This document shows positions 37,572 to 52,472 of a stretch of DNA of 64,000 nt, piece after piece. The notes beneath the pieces are model-generated. The model was not told the origin of the DNA. It was given only the letters and a program-made list of their open reading frames with translations, and ran no database searches. The stretch's first letter is position 1; every line of letters begins with the position of its first letter. A program made the position numbers and the translations under genes. The stretch is from Eledone cirrhosa (Eukaryota): the NCBI GenBank assembly GCA_964016885.1, contig OZ024740.1, positions 437,720,001 through 437,784,000 of the forward strand, read 5' to 3'.

Positions 37572-40500
37572 GAGTGATCATTTGAAAAGTCATTTGCGTA
37601 CACATGACACAGGAAAACCTTTCAAATGCACTGTTTGCAACCGTGGTTATACAACAGCTGCTGCTCTTTCTTCTCATATGTATTCACACCGGAAACCAAA
37701 CAGTTCTGGTCAAATGGAATATAAATGTTACCAATGTGAAGAGATTTTTTTTCAACCCAAAGATTTACAGAACCATTACAATGATTGTCATGCACCTGCC
37801 CCCCTTCGTGAAAAAACTCTACAATGTAGTCAGTGCTCTGAAATGTTTGTTAACCAAGAACTTCTCGATCTTCATGTTGAACAAGAGCATGTCAAAGAGC
37901 AAAAACGTAAGTTTTCAACTCCAGAAAATATTTCTGATCTTGACATTTTCCATAAAAAGTTGAAAACTCACAATGATATCTCTATAAATAAACAAATGTT
38001 ATCCAACTCTAGTGATTTATCTGTAAAAGAGAATGGACTAGATCTTATGCCAGAAATAATGGATTCTTCATCTGTCTCAGACCCAGCTAACCGGGAAAAT
38101 GCCCTTGTGTGCCCCTACTGTTTACAAGACAATTTTGAATCTTTAGAACTGCTTGAAATTCACATGCAGTGTGTGCATTCTGTGAAAGCAACTGAAGTAT
38201 ATACATGTAATTACTGCAATGCACCATATCCTAACTTATATGCCCTCCATGATCACATGAAAGTTGTTCACCAAAATCTAACCTGTATGGATATCAAATA
38301 TCCATGTAGTTTATGTTCTAGACATTTTACCAGCATTGATGCATTAGCAGAGCATAAAAAACATACACACAGCCAAGCAAGTTCTTCAAACCATTCTCTC
38401 TACTGTGCAGAGTGTGCATTACTTTTTCAAAACCCTATGGAATTTCAAGAGCACATTCAGCGCTCCCACAATTGTTTGCAAGATACACCTCGCCCTAAAC
38501 CTCCAAAATCAAAGAAAATTAGCAATGATACAAAGAAAGATATAAAACGCATGAACTCCCATAGTATTTTTAATAACACAAAAAACTCAAGCCCAGCACC
38601 AAATGACAGAATGACTGAAGAGAAAATGGTTTGTGACCAATGTAATGCTACATTCCATGATATTAAAAATTTTCAAACCCATTTGAAAATTCATTTGGAC
38701 TCAGTGCTCACTCAATACATATGTCCCCAATGCCAAAAGCAATTTACCACTGAAGACCAGTTAGAAAGCCATTTATCATTACACTACCTCTGTCTTAGCA
38801 CTGAGTATGGCTGTACCAGTTGTATGAAAACTTTCTCCAAACCAGATGAACTTCAGAAACATTTGATGGATATCCATGCACACCATCTTTATCGCTGTTC
38901 ACTTTGTAAGGAAATTTTTGATTCAAAAGTCAACATTCAAGTCCACTTTGCAATAAAACATAGTAATGAGTGCAAAATTTATAAATGTACAAAATGCAAC
39001 TCAGTCTTTATATCAGAGGTTGATTGGCAACTGCATGTCAGATCTGCACATCTCCAAATGCCAAAGCCACATAAATGTCTCTTTTGTAAAGAAGGTTTTA
39101 CCACCGAAGTTGAATTGCAATGCCATTTAACTATTCATGGCAAGCCATTTAAATGTCCAATGTGTAGTGAAGCATTCCATGTAGAATATTTGTTAGATAA
39201 ACATCTTCAGAATGAGCATGACCCCGACAAAAATTCTAAGCGATTGGGCAATAGCCAGTCAGATATCAAAGTGGAGAAGGACATTGGAAACAGTAGTTTA
39301 TTAAACAGTTGTGCAACTCTAGATGTATCAAATTCAGTGACATCAGGAAGTGGAATTTGGAAAAGCACTGATCCACTTCATACATGCAACATCTGTGATA
39401 TGAAGTTCAGTAATTTATCCTCTCTACAGCTACATAAGAAGCAAGACCACCGTGTTGCACTGACTAATAACCACACCTCACAAGTAATGACTAGTGTAGA
39501 GAGCAGTGTGATTACTACTAAAGTCATTAATACAAACACTGACAAAGTAGCATTATCATGCACATACTGTAGCCAGTCTTTCAAATCTAGAACTGAACTT
39601 GAGCGCCATATGAAAATTCACCTGAATTCTAGCAGTCAGAAATGCAACATTTGTGATGAAGTATTCCCATCACCCAATACTCTAGCAGAACACAAACTAC
39701 AACATTGTAAAATTCCTCAGGGAAATATTTGTGTTGGTTGCAAAATTCCATTAAAATCTGAAGATCAGTTTTATATCCATTCCCAAGAACATGGCTTTCA
39801 AGGAGCTATAATGCAATGTGTTATCTGTAGACAAACTCTGGCATCTATGATGGAACTTCAAATGCATGGAAAGCATCATTTCCAAACCAAACCAAACTTT
39901 TTTACCTGCTGTGTATGTTTGCGAGGATTTGATTCCAAAGAAAATCTTATATCAAAGTTGAATAGTTCAGGCCGAACATATTTTGTTTGTAAACCTTGCT
40001 ATCATGGTGAAACATCTGATTTCCATTGCAATGAATGTGGTGCCAGATTCCCAACCAATGAACAACTGGAAAGTCACATAACGAAGCATCGGCGCACATA
40101 CCAGTGTATCAAATGTCAACAGTCTTTTAGTACGGAATATGAAATCCAACTGCATGTTGCCACCCATGTTCTACAAGAAGGAAATATTCATGAATGCAAA
40201 CTCTGTTCACAAGTCTTTGATTCTCCAGCCAAATTACAATGCCACTTAATTGAACATACATATGGCAATTCTGAGTACCGCTGTAGTGTCTGTTGTAAAG
40301 TATTCAGTAATGCTACAGACATACAAGCACATGCTTTTGAACATGGCATTCATGCTCGCAAGTTTGGATGTATCCACTGTAGTCAACGGTTTTTCTTTAG
40401 TGCTGAATTGGATAACCACATGATAAACCATGTGAAACCAGAATCAGTATCAGAGCTTCAATGTAAGGACTGTCCACAGACTTTTTCAAACATTGTTAGC

Positions 40501-40744
40501 TTCAATGCCCACCGCCGTCTACATCAACAACAGATGGAGAACAGCACAACAACTCCTATTAAATGTACATTTTGTCATGAAGTATTTAATGATACCAGTG
40601 AGCTTCAGAAACATTTCTTCATGTGCCATACTGAACAAGACATAGAACAATCTATTAACAAAAGAAATTATCAGTGCTCCCAATGTAATAAGGAATGTTC
40701 ATCTTTAGCCAACTTGCAGAACCACATGAAGATTCACAAAATAG
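37572..40744 (+). CDS. ZNF423: ZNF423/ZNF521-like large exon with more than 20 C2H2 fingers (phase 2 to 1)
   Basis: ttttag acceptor gives RSDHLKSHLRTH. Family motifs YGCTSC..FSKPDELQKHLMDIHAHHLYRC, FDSKVNIQVHFAIKHSNE, YQCIKCQ and FDSPAKLQCHLIEH. Donor gtattt at 40745. Confidence 0.93.
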
Positions 40745-41252
40745 GTATTTAGCATTTCAAATATATTTTCTTAACATTTCTCTTTTTTTTTTGCTTTTTT
40801 CCTTTTCATGATAATTATTTTGTTTATTTCATTTAATATAATACCTTTGCCATTAAAGAAATGTTGCATCTAACATAAATGCACATAATGTATATACATA
40901 CACATTCGTACATACATATATATTTTATAATTGACAATTGTTAAGGTATCACATTAAAAATGACTCTGTATTTGTTCTGGCACACTACACCCTGAGTTCA
41001 AATCCCATCAAGGTGGACCTTACCTTTCATCCTTTCAGGGTTAATAAATAAAATACCAGTTTTGTACTAGGGTCAATTCTTCTTCTATTTCTCTTTCTCT
41101 GGAAGAAATTGTCTGTGTTTTGACCTGGGGAGGGATGGGTTCCAACAGGTTTAAAATACCCAAAACATGCCATGTGTCATGGCAGCACCCCTACAACTCC
41201 ATCAGGAGTTAAGGGTTCTTTACCTTCTTCTTCTTCTTATTATTATTATTAT

Positions 41253-44200
41253 GGATCACCCACACCCTTCCTAAAGAAGAGCCACAGGTAATTGTGGCTG
41301 TGTTGTTCCGGAGAAGTCTGGATCTCGAGATACGGGCCATCTTCTTGGACCCAGAGGGTAAGTTGGTGGTACTGGACGTGACCAGCGGAGAAGGACAAGC
41401 TTTCAGGCTAGTGGCTGCCTATGCCCCAACAGGAGCAGGACGGCCTGAATTCTTCCGGTGTCTGGAGACCTTTCTTGGAACGCCCCGCTCTCTAGTGTTA
41501 GTGGGCAACTGGAACGGGATCTTAGATGCACGCTGGGATTGTGTGGGAGATAGGGGAGGAGGGTGTAAAAGCCTCACAAACCTACTCAGGCGTTTTCAAC
41601 TGTCGGACAGGTACCGATTGGATTTCCCGAATGTGCCAATGTGGACTTGGACAAACCGAATCAGGTCATCCAGATCATATCTAGATAAAGTATTTTGTAG
41701 GGAAATAGATAGGTCTAGCATAGGCTGTCCACAATTCAAGATAGTCAGTTACACGGACCACAAATTCGTGATCTGTGTGGTTGACTTAGATAGGCTTCAT
41801 AGACAGAGACCCGGCTACTGGAAACTAAATGCGTCATTAACAGCGTGCAAAGTTTACAGAGACCGGATTAGCGAATTAGTTAAGCGGGCGTTGACAGGAG
41901 CCATTGTCAACAACAAATAAGGGTTTGCCCTGAAAAGAGCGATTAGAATAGAATCCATTAGGTTTAGTAAAGCGCTAGTAACAGAAAAATAGAGCAGAAA
42001 GAAATCTAGTTAAGAAATTAGACGAGGCGCTTAGTAAAGGCATCGCGACTGACGTGCTTGCGGTGAAATTGGCTCTCAACCAATTTTTCAACGCTAAGCA
42101 TGAAGGCTGCGTTGTCAGAGCTAGGGTGTGTGCTCTCAGACACGAGGGGACAAAAGCCGTTCAATGGGCCCGGGTGGCGGAGGCGCGCCGTGGCAACAAA
42201 CCCACGATCCGGTCTTTGGTGAACCACGGCGAGCACATGATACTCGATCCCGGGCAGATGTGTGCAGCTTTGCAGCAGCACTTTGCTCAGCTGTTCGGGG
42301 GCAATAGGGAGCCGCATCGCGGAATAAACTTAAGTGCCTACCTCGACAGACTGAGGCGGAGTGTTGCGAAAGGCCAATAACAGCTGCTGAAGTGTGGGAG
42401 GCAATGACTAGCTGCACAATGGGTAAATCGCCTGGTTTGGATGGTCTGCCCTACGAATTTTACATACATATGCCAGACTTGTTCAAAGACCTCTTGGCAG
42501 ACGTCTACTGCAACTGGCAGCAGAACAGAAGAGTTTACCAGCTCTGTGAGCCGAGGAGCGGTGGCGCTGCTGAGAAAGGATCCTAGCAAGGGGGATAACA
42601 TAGAAAATTTCAGGCCCATAACTCTGCTAAACACAGACTTCAAGATTTTGGCTAAGGTGCTAGCAAAGAGGTTGGCGCTTGTCGCTGGTGGTCTGGTGGG
42701 AGAGGCGTAAACATGTGCCATTCCAGACAGATCCATCCACGACAACCTCCACCTCATGCGATACATCATAGAGAGGGTAGCTAGGGAACCTGGCATGGGT
42801 GGGTCTTTGATCAATTTAGATCAGTCAAAAGCTTTCGATAGGGTCGACCATCGTTATCTGGCAGCAGTCCTAAGAGCAGCTGGCTTTGGATCTGTCTTCA
42901 GAGGCTGGATTGCTGCCATGCACAGCGACATCTGCTCTGAGGTGAGAGTGAACAGTCACCTTTCAGAACCCTTCAACATCATGCGCTCGATCTGCCAGGG
43001 ATGTCCTCTCTCATCCTTGTTGTACGTATTGACTCTTGAGCCATTAGTGCACAAACTGGAGACATTGAGGGGGATCCCACATGAACTAGGATGCGGAAGA
43101 AGTGTCAGCTTCTGCGGACGACATCACTGTAGTGGTGTCGAACACCAAACACATCGAGGCAATCGGCACCACACTAAGAGAATACGAGGTAGTGACAGGA
43201 GCAATGATTAACCAGGAAAAATCAGTAGGCCTGCAGCTCGGCACCTGGAGAGGCAGGTGTATGCCGCCCAACAGCGTCTGGCGCTGGACGGACCGGTTAA
43301 ATTGCTAGGGTTCTGGTTCGGTCTGGACCTCCAGACGGACAAAAACTAGGTGGAGGTCACGAGCAAGGTGTTTTCTCTCACCCAGAAATGGGCCGAGAGG
43401 ATGCTATCCCTGAAAGGTCGAGCGGAGGTGGCGAATGCGTACATCGCGTCCGTCATCTACTACCGCCTGACCATCGTGCCTTGTCCTAAACCTCGCCTGA
43501 CTGCACTGGAGCGTTTGCTCTTTTGCTTTTTGTGGAAGGGACATGCTCCGATGGTCAGGCAGTCCATCTGCTGTCAACACCCGCTACGCGGAGGGCTGTG
43601 CATGCCGTGGATGATGATGTGCAGACATGCGCTCAGGCTACGGCATCTCCACCTCTACCTCAACGGTGATCAGGTGTGGTTGCCCTTTGTTAGACACATG
43701 TTTCCCCAGCTTGTCTCCTTGGCGGAGCTGCAGTCCTGGGTCAAGCAAAGACTGAGAGGAAGCGCTTGGAGACTAGAATGTCTTACAGCGCTCAATCCGT
43801 TGAGCAATACAATCGCTAGAAACTCCACCCTGGCTTTCTATAGAGGATTAGTGGAAGGAAAGAGCAACAACGTCCTTGGGGAGACACTAGGCGTCGACAA
43901 AAACCAACTAGCCATTCTCTTCGGGAGAACTTTCGGGCCGGGGACCATGGACAACTTCCAGAAATCCCTGGCCTGGCAGTGCTACCGAGGAGCCTTGCCA
44001 GTTTGGGATCAACTCCACAGGCATGGAAGTGCCGTCAGCCGAGCCTGTCCGAGATGCGCACAGGGCAATGAAACCGTTCTGCACGCACTCATCCAGTGTC
44101 CGAGCATTGCTGATTTGTGGGTTTATGCTGAACACCTGCTATCACATGTAGAACGGATCCGGCTATCAGCTGAGTCCATCGTGAAGATTGCCCCGCTGCC

Positions 44201-44704
44201 TTCCTTTAGCCGAGAAGGGCAGGGATTTTTTATCTGCCTGGTGGCCATGGTAAAAGAGATTGTATGGTGGACACATCTGAAAGGGTTAAGGACCGGTACT
44301 TTCCTCTTCGGTGACGCTCTCATCAACTTTTTCAGGTTTCACCTGAAGAGGAAAATCAGGGTGGAGAGGGAAGTGCTGACCTCCAGCCAGTTTGTTGAAA
44401 GGTGGGTGAGAAAGGCAAGAATGGCCCGTGTGAATGAGTCTACCCTGAGCGTGTGCCTGTAGCATTGTAGGAGGAAAATTGGAAGAGGGCATTTGCCCTA
44501 GCAGTCAGGGTAACCGTGGCTTTTCTTGTGGGCTTTCTCCATGAGCAACCCTCGGAGGTCTCCCCCCTATTGGGAAGTTTTCATTGTTTCCTTTTGTCAT
44601 ACTCTGTTTTTGTTTTTTTACATGCAGAAATGCCCATTTGTATTGTCCTGTGTTGTCCTGAATGTTATACTTTGTGTCAACCCTTGTGGTTAATAAAGAA
44701 AGCA
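41253..44704 (+). mobile_element. Decayed Tx1/L1-clade LINE ORF2 (APE endonuclease, RT, CCHC)
   Basis: AYAP, SYLD, TDH, GYWKLN, KSPGLDG, NFRPITLLNTDFKI, DQSKAFDRV, QGCPLS, SADD and CPRC..H..C, with several stops and frameshifts. 3' AATAAA; flanked by (TTA)n. Confidence 0.92.
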
Positions 44705-45360
44705 TTATTATTATTATTATTTTTAGCGTTATCACTGAATTACCAAGTGCAGCTCTATGCACCTTGGGTATGTGCAGTGTGGTTTCTAGTGGTGTTTGTT
44801 TTATTGTATTGAGAGTACTCTTCATAATATGTGTGGAGAACCTAGTAGTGCTATCCTTTGTATGTTGTATATGTAAGTCCTGGGGTTTTGGTTACGTATT
44901 TATCTGTGTATTTTATCTTTCCCAGAACACCTATAATTATAGGTATTGTTTCTGACTTCAACATCCACATTTGGGTTATTTCTGTCTCTAGATCTTTATA
45001 TTTGGACAGTTTCTCCATTTCCTTGGAGGATATATTGTCGTCAATTAGAATTGATACATCAATCAGAAGACATTTTTTTTTCTTTGTAGTCTTTGACTAG
45101 AATGTATTGACATATTGTCTGTATGTATTGACATATCCCAGAGAAAGGTTGCTTTGTCATCCTCTGATACTTTTTCTGGTGTGTGTTTGTACCATCTTTT
45201 GTCTGTGGGTTTGTCATGGTGTTGGCATAAATTCCAGTGTATGAAGGTCCCTACTGTATCATGCCTGTGGATATATTCCTTTTTGGCTAAGACTGGGCAG
45301 CCTGAGATAATGTGGTTAATGGTGTCTTCCCCACTTTCACATATTCTGCATTTACTCACT
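44705..45360 (-). mobile_element. Dong/R4-clade element, 3' fragment
   Basis: CRIC..DTINHIISGCPVLAKKEYIHRHD..LWD and a later IQRIALLG motif; ends in (AAT)n. Confidence 0.82.
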
Positions 45361-46431
45361 ATGTTCTTTTTAGGTGGATTGGCAGTATCGGTAGAGGGTC
45401 GGACGCTTTGCTTTGACGCATAGAATTACGGCCCTTGCCATTCTGAGTTCGAATCCCGCCAAGGTTAACTTTGCTTTTCATCCTTACGGGGTTGATAAAA
45501 TAAAGTACCAGTAATGCACTGAGTAATTGCTGGTCTTGTGCCAAAAGTAGAAATAATAATTATTATTATTATTATTATTATTATGTGATATGGTAAATGA
45601 CGACCAAGATACCACACAGGGAACAGGGAGATCAAACTGTGCACCTAATAATTGCAAAGCAAACTTCTTGACCATTCAGCTATGCTGTGTCCACTACATG
45701 TACCTGTGTAATGACTCTAGTAGCCACCATATAGTATATTTTGTTTACCTGACCAAGTTTATTTAGTAAATAAGCAAATATCCAGTAGCGGACCCAGAGA
45801 GCCAAAGTTGGTGGTCTGTGAATATCTCCTCATCACACAGAAACACACACACAAAATTCTCACTCCCTTTAATTTTGAGAGTTCTCTTACCCTTGTGGTC
45901 CAAAATCAGTCTTATTTTGCCCTGCAAAGTTTTCTATGAGTAACTATTTTTTTCTTTTTTTTCTCTCTTTGTTCCTTCACATCGAGTCTCGTTAGCTCGG
46001 ATCTTATCCCAGATTCATTGATATTCATTAAGTATATCATATATTTATTCACATTTGCATAAATAACATTATAAATTATTTATAATTCTTACAGAATGAA
46101 AATATAAACACTTAATAGATACAATTAATTATTGCTAGGAACCTTATAAATATAATACACCAAAATATATGATCAAAGTAAGAGAAAAAAGGGGAGGAAG
46201 CCAGTCCATTGCAGATTAAGCTTCAGTATTTTGTTGTAACACATATTCAACTGAGTTGACTCTATTTTGCTGAAGAATGCAATGCACCTCTCAACCCAAG
46301 AATCAAAACCCACAACTTAAAGTCCAACCCACTAACCACAAAACCAGGTGCCTTCACTGGATAACTGTGTACCCATGACTAAGAGTAGCTGCTATAAATA
46401 TTAACAAACAATAAAGGATTTCTCTTGACTA

Positions 46432-46757
46432 CTCTTTGGTCCCAAATAATAGGGGGTGGGGAATCAGTAATTTTTCTAGATTGGCTCTATTGTTGATTTT
46501 TTTTCAAAACCAGAATTAGTCATTTAGTTTACATATTGAAACCCCCAACCCATGCTATTTATTTTATAACGTATGGGATTTCTTGTAATGTATTTTTTTT
46601 TGTCATGTATAATGTTTAATGAATAAAGAAAATTAATTGTTACTGGAATACTACCACTTAAAATAAAATAGATTAGTAAAATTTAATAAGTGGTTGGGGT
46701 GGAAAAAATTTGAAAAATGAATAAGCAGGGGCTAGGGGATTATTGGAGACCTGAGAG
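46432..46757. mobile_element. MITE with TA target duplication
   Basis: TIRs CTCT..GGTCCCAAATAAT / ATTATTGGAGACCTGAGAG; homologous to 62474-62838. Confidence 0.7.
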
Positions 46758-46899
46758 TACTTCAGTAACAGATATCATGTTAAAATCATAAACAAAATGT
46801 AGTTTGTATTATGATTAGCTGCTCCAAATGACCAGCACTGATCTTCTATAATACATGAAATCATATGGAAATCTAAACATAAGTGTATAGTTTTGTAGT

Positions 46900-47511
46900 T
46901 AGGATGTTCCTTCCAAAGTAATCTCAGGTCCCACTGCATGGCAGTATAGGATGTTCCTTCCAAAGTAATCTCAGGTCCCACTGCATGGCAGTATAGGATG
47001 TTCCTTCCAAAGTAATCTCAGGTCCCACTGCATGGCAGTATAGGATGTTCCTTCCAAAGTAATCTCAGGTCCCACTGCATGGCAGTATAGGATGTTCCTT
47101 CCAAAGTAATCTCAGGTCCCACTGCATGGCAGTATAGGATGTTCCTTCCAAAGTAATCTCAGGTCCCACTGCATGGCAGTATAGGATGTTCCTTCCAAAG
47201 TAATCTCAGGTCCCACTGCATGGCAGTATAGGATGTTCCTTCCAAAGTAATCTCAGGTTCCACTTCATGGCAGTATAGGATGTTCCTTCCAAAGTAATCT
47301 CAAGTCCCACTGCATGGCAGTATAGGATGTTCCTTCCAAAGTAATCTCAAGTCCCACTTCATGGCAGTATAGGATGTTCCTTCCAAAGTAATCTCAGGTC
47401 CCACTGCATGGCAGTATAGGATGTTCCTTCCAAAGTAATCTCAGGTCCCACTGCATGGCAGTATAGGATGTTCCTTCCAAAGTAATCTCAGGTCCCACTG
47501 CATGGCAGTAT
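46900..47511. repeat. 47-bp minisatellite, about 13 nearly identical copies
   Basis: Unit TAGGATGTTCCTTCCAAAGTAATCTCAGGTCCCACTGCATGGCAGTA. Confidence 0.97.
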
Positions 47512-47597
47512 GGACATCTTTTACTATACTTTCACACACGGGACAAACCTCGACTGATTTTTTTATAGTAGAATGTTTTTTAATTGACTCCCAGATG

Positions 47598-48362
47598 TTC
47601 TATAGCCTCTGTTCTATGTTTGTACTACAGTCTATAGTTTCTGCTCTATGTTTGTACTACAGTCTATAGTTTCTGTTCTATGTGGTACTACAGTCTATAG
47701 CCTCTGTTCTATGTGGTACTACAGTCTATAACCTCTGTTCTATGTAGGTACTACAGTCTATAGACTGTTCTATGTAGGTACTACAGTCTATAGCCTCTGT
47801 TCTGTGTGGTACTACAGTCTATAGCCTCTATTCTGTGTGGTACTACAGTCTATAACCTCTGTTCTATGTAGGTACTACAGTCTATAGTCTCTGTTCTATG
47901 TAGGTACTACAGTCTATAGCCTCTGTTCTATGTGGTACTACAGTCTATAGCCTCTGTTCTGTGTGGTACTACAGTCTATAACCTCTGTTCTATGTAGGTA
48001 CTACAGTCTATAGACTGTTCTATGTAGGTACTACAGTCTATAGCCTCTGTTCTGTGTGGTACTACAGTCTATAGCCTCTATTCTATGTAGGTACTACAGT
48101 CTATAGACTGTTCTATGTAGGTACTACAGTCTATAGCCTCTGTTCTATGTGGTACTACAGTCTATAGCCTCTGTTCTATGTGGTACTACAGTCTATAGCC
48201 TCTGTTCTATGTAGGTACTACAGTCTATAGATTGTTCTATGTAGGTATTACAGTCTATAGTCTCTGTTCTATATGTGGTACTACAGTCTATAGCCTCTGT
48301 TCTGTGTGGTACTACAGTCTATAGCCTCTGTTCTATGTAGGTACTACAGTCTATAGCCTCTC
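47598..48362. repeat. About 30-33-bp minisatellite
   Basis: Unit CTATAGCCTCTGTTCTATGT(A)GGTACTACAGT. Confidence 0.95.
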
Positions 48363-48939
48363 TAGTAAAGTCAATCAGTTATAATTAAAAATTTAAATTT
48401 TTAATGTGAGCTGAGAATGATATGAACTTGGAACAATATTTTTGATTGTGGGATATATTTACTTTAATCCTTTCATGACCACATTTTTAATGAAATACAA
48501 TAAATTAATTAATGAAGAATTTTGAGTGATTTACTTAAATTATTAATTATTCCATTACTAAGATAGTATCTTAATATAAGGTTCTTTTATAAAATTGTGT
48601 TGGAAGATTTTAATTTAGATTGGAAAATTTTAAAATGGTCGGTTTTATTTCATAGAACCAGAACTGGTTTTGGCCAGGTTGGTAAATAAATGATTAATAT
48701 TTAATATATGCACATTCACATTTATTATAAATTTACAGTGAACAAAACCCTATTTAAAAAAAGAATTTCAAATCTAACATTCCATGATTATATATAAAAA
48801 AAATGATTTCTTTAATTCAATATTATTTGATGTTCTCAGCTCATTAGATTTATTTGACAGTTTCTGTTTAAGAATTCATTTAAAAAGGTTTCCAAACAGA
48901 TAACATTAGATAATTTATTAATAATATAAAAAGACCCCC

Positions 48940-49228
48940 TTCATGGGATTTACCCCTAAAAAGTTCCCCAGGCACAAGTTTAGGCAAGGTTGTTTGTGGA
49001 AGACCAGTAATCGCCCATGCAAACCAGTCTCCCCTCACCACGCCACTGATGTTGTCCAAGGGAAAGGCAATGGCTGATACAGCTTGGCACTAGTGATGTC
49101 ACAACTCATTTCTACAACTGACTAAACTGGAGCAACATGAATTAAGCCCTGAACCCGGCCCGAGAATCGAACTCAGATCCTTTCAATTGCAAGCCTGACG
49201 CTCAAACCACTAAGCCATGCATTTCACA
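48940..49228 (-). mobile_element. tRNA-SINE with RTE-type tail
   Basis: Minus-strand head TGGCTTAGTGG..GAGTTCGATTC. Confidence 0.7.
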
Positions 49229-49879
49229 CACGATAATATATATTGTTTAGTAAATAACGAAAGTATTTTCTGATCAAATAAAGATTGTATTTTTACGAAT
49301 TTATTGACAATGCTAAATAGGAAATTACTTTGGAAAGGGAGATAACCATAGAATATTTCAGTTTCAACGTAGAATTACTTGTGTGGATTTTATTTAGTTT
49401 TCATGCTTCACACCATGATGTCTTGTATAAATATAGCATTTAAACAACATATCCCTACAACACCTTGTAACATCTCCTTCACAAAATTTATTAGATCAAT
49501 ACTTATATCATCTTCTCTCTGTGCAATATATAAAATATTTCTGCATATGATTTCTTAATACTGCTACAAATGTTGTCAACTACAGACCTGCCAAACAGGA
49601 AATACCATGAAAAAGGTGCTCCGAAACGGTGAGGAATGAGGCAAAATTGGGGAGATTTTTAATAGTGAAAGCTATACACCCATTTTCACAAGTGGGTGTG
49701 AGATCTCCCCATCAGACAGGGAGAGTTGACAGGTTTGTAACTAGCGCCATAGTCATGTTATAGATGGCCAAGTCTTACTCATACAGAACTGGCTTGGTTT
49801 CTATGGCTGGATACCCTTCCTAATGCCAACATCATTTACAGTGCGTTCTTGATGCCTTTTATCCCATCACTTACATGAC

Positions 49880-50207
49880 CACCTTACAATGTGTACTGGG
49901 CGTCTTACAATGTGTCAACTACATGATCACTTTACAGTGTGTGCTGGGAGCTTTTTGTCATGTCACCATCACAACTACTTTACAGTGTGGACTGGGAACT
50001 TTTTGTCATGTCACCATCACAACTACTTTACAGTGTGGACTGGGAACTTTTTGTCATGTCACCATCACAACTACTTTACAGTGTGGACTGGGTACTTTTT
50101 GTCATGTCACCAACACAACCACTTTACAGTGTGGGCTGGGTACTTTTTGTCATGTCACCAACACAACCACTTTACAGTGTGGGCTGGGTACTTTTTGTCA
50201 TGTCACC
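49880..50207 (-). repeat. 48-bp minisatellite from the same RTE/SINE module
   Basis: Unit ACTTTACAGTGTGGACTGGGAACTTTTTGTCATGTCACCATCACAACT. Confidence 0.9.
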
Positions 50208-50299
50208 TAAATGAATCAATACAAATTAGTGTGATATTGATAATATATGGAGAAATTCAAGATTTTGTAGATAAATGCAGGGAAGAAGAGTTGGTGAAT

Positions 50300-50700
50300 C
50301 ATCATCGTCACTGTTGTTTTTACGTCTGTTTTCCCATGTTTTCATGGGTTGGATGGGTCCTTCTCAGTGCAGCATCACTCCACTCACCGTGTTCCATTTG
50401 TCGTCTCCTCTGTGAGTCTCAGTAATCTGAAGCCAGCTCTCACAACCTCTGCCCAGGTCTTTCTTGGTTGTTCTCTACTGCAGCTTTCTTTCAATTGAAT
50501 TTTCATGGCATTTCTTCACCTATCAGTCATTGTTCGTGCACAGGACATGTCCACACCAATGCAGTCTCCTCTCCTGCACACCACCTTGGATTCCTCTTAA
50601 ACTCATCTAAGCTCTGCCTTTCTCTCACACTTACATTGCACATCCAGCGGAGCATGGTTGCTTCATTTCTCTCTAGTCTGTGCATGTCCTCTGCAGGCAT
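50300..50700 (-). mobile_element. Decayed RTE 3' fragment
   Basis: AEDMHRLERNEATMLRWMC. Confidence 0.75.
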
Positions 50701-51214
50701 CAAATAAAATGATACACAGTATCTAAATATAGACTTGTATGTTGTGAGATACACAGTATCTAAATATAGACTTGTTCAAATCTTACCAAAGTTAATTTTG
50801 CTTTTCATTCTTTTGTGGTGGTGGGGGGTTCAATGAAATAAAGCACTGGGGGTCAATTTAACCCTTTTGATACCAAACTGCCTGAAACCACCCCTTGGTT
50901 CTACAGTAATAAACTGTTTATATTTATTTTAAGACCTATCATAATTTTATGAAAAAAGGTTTTGTTAAGTTATGTTCAAAATACCAGTTTTATAATGAGA
51001 AAGTTCATATTTCTAAATCCTTCCAAAATTACTTGAAAAAACCAGGCAATGTGTTTCATCAGAAATATGGTAATGAGAAGGGTAATTACTTCTCACCTCA
51101 AAATATGATAATGATCTGCTGTTAATTTGGACAAATCAGTTTTTTTTCTCTTTTTTCATTAATTCATTCATAATTTCTCGCAATCTATATTTTTATGATT
51201 TTGTAAGTGCAATA

Positions 51215-52338
51215 TATATAGTGTACTCTCTATTACATATAATGTACTCTCTATTACATATAGTGTACTCTGTATTACATATAGTGTACTCTCTATTACA
51301 TATAGTGTACTCTGTATTACATATAGTGTATTCTCTATTACATATAGTGTACTCTCTATTACATGTAGTGTACTTTGTATTATATATAGTGTACTCTATA
51401 TTATATATAGCATACTCTCTATTACATATAGTGTACTCTCTATTACATATAGTGTACTTGGCACTATATATAGTGTACTCTCTATTACACATAGTGTACT
51501 CTGTATTATGTATAGTGTACTCTCTATTACATATAGTGTACTCTCTATTGCATATAGTGTACTGTCTATTGTATATAGTGTATTATCTATTACATACAGT
51601 GTACTCTCTATTGTATGTAGTGTACTCTCTAATGTATATAGTGTACTCTCTATTGTATACAGTGTACTCTCTATTACATGTAGTGTACTCTATATTTAAT
51701 ATAGTGTATTCTCTAGTGTATATAGTGTATTCTATATTACACAATGTACTCTATATTACATATAGTGTACTCTATATTACATATAGTATACTCTCTATTA
51801 CACAGTATACCCTGTATTATATATAGTGTACTCTATTACATATAGTGTACTCTCTGTTGTATATAGTGTACTCTATTATATGTAGTGCACTCTCTATTGT
51901 ATATAGTGTACTCTCTATTATATGTAGTGTACTCTCTATTACATACAGTGTACTCTCTATTACATATAGTGTACTCTGTATTACATATAGTGTACTCTCT
52001 ATTATATACAGTGTACTATCTATTACATACAGTGTACTCTCTATTGTATATAGTGTACTCTATTACATATAGTGAACTCTGCATTGTATACAGCGTACTC
52101 TCTATTGTATATAGTGTACTCTCTATTATATACAGTGTACTCTGTATTACATACAGTGTAGTCTCTATTGTATAGTGTCCTCTGTATTACATATAGTGTA
52201 CTCTATATTACATATAGTGTACTCTGCATTACATATAGTGTACTCTATATTACATATAGCGTACTCTATATTAGATATAGTGTACTATCTATACATATAG
52301 TGTACTCTATATTATATATAGTGTACACTGTATTATAT
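51215..52338. repeat. About 21-bp minisatellite
   Basis: Unit TATAGTGTACTCTCTATTACA. Confidence 0.95.
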
Positions 52339-52472
52339 TTAATGATGTTGCCTGATATATGATGAGTAATACCTCATACCATCTGCTATTAGAAAAATGT
52401 TGTCCATACATAATGTCTTAGCTATCTTCTAATCATATTCCTGCATATAACATAGAAGACTTCATGAACATA

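Noticed and set aside
46900-47511. Regular repeat arrays resembling CRISPR (also 36258-36910 and 34757-35145)
   Set aside because: Units are contiguous with no unique spacers, there are no cas genes, and the context is eukaryotic.
51193-52362. Leu/Tyr-rich repeat ORFs
   Set aside because: 21-bp minisatellite.
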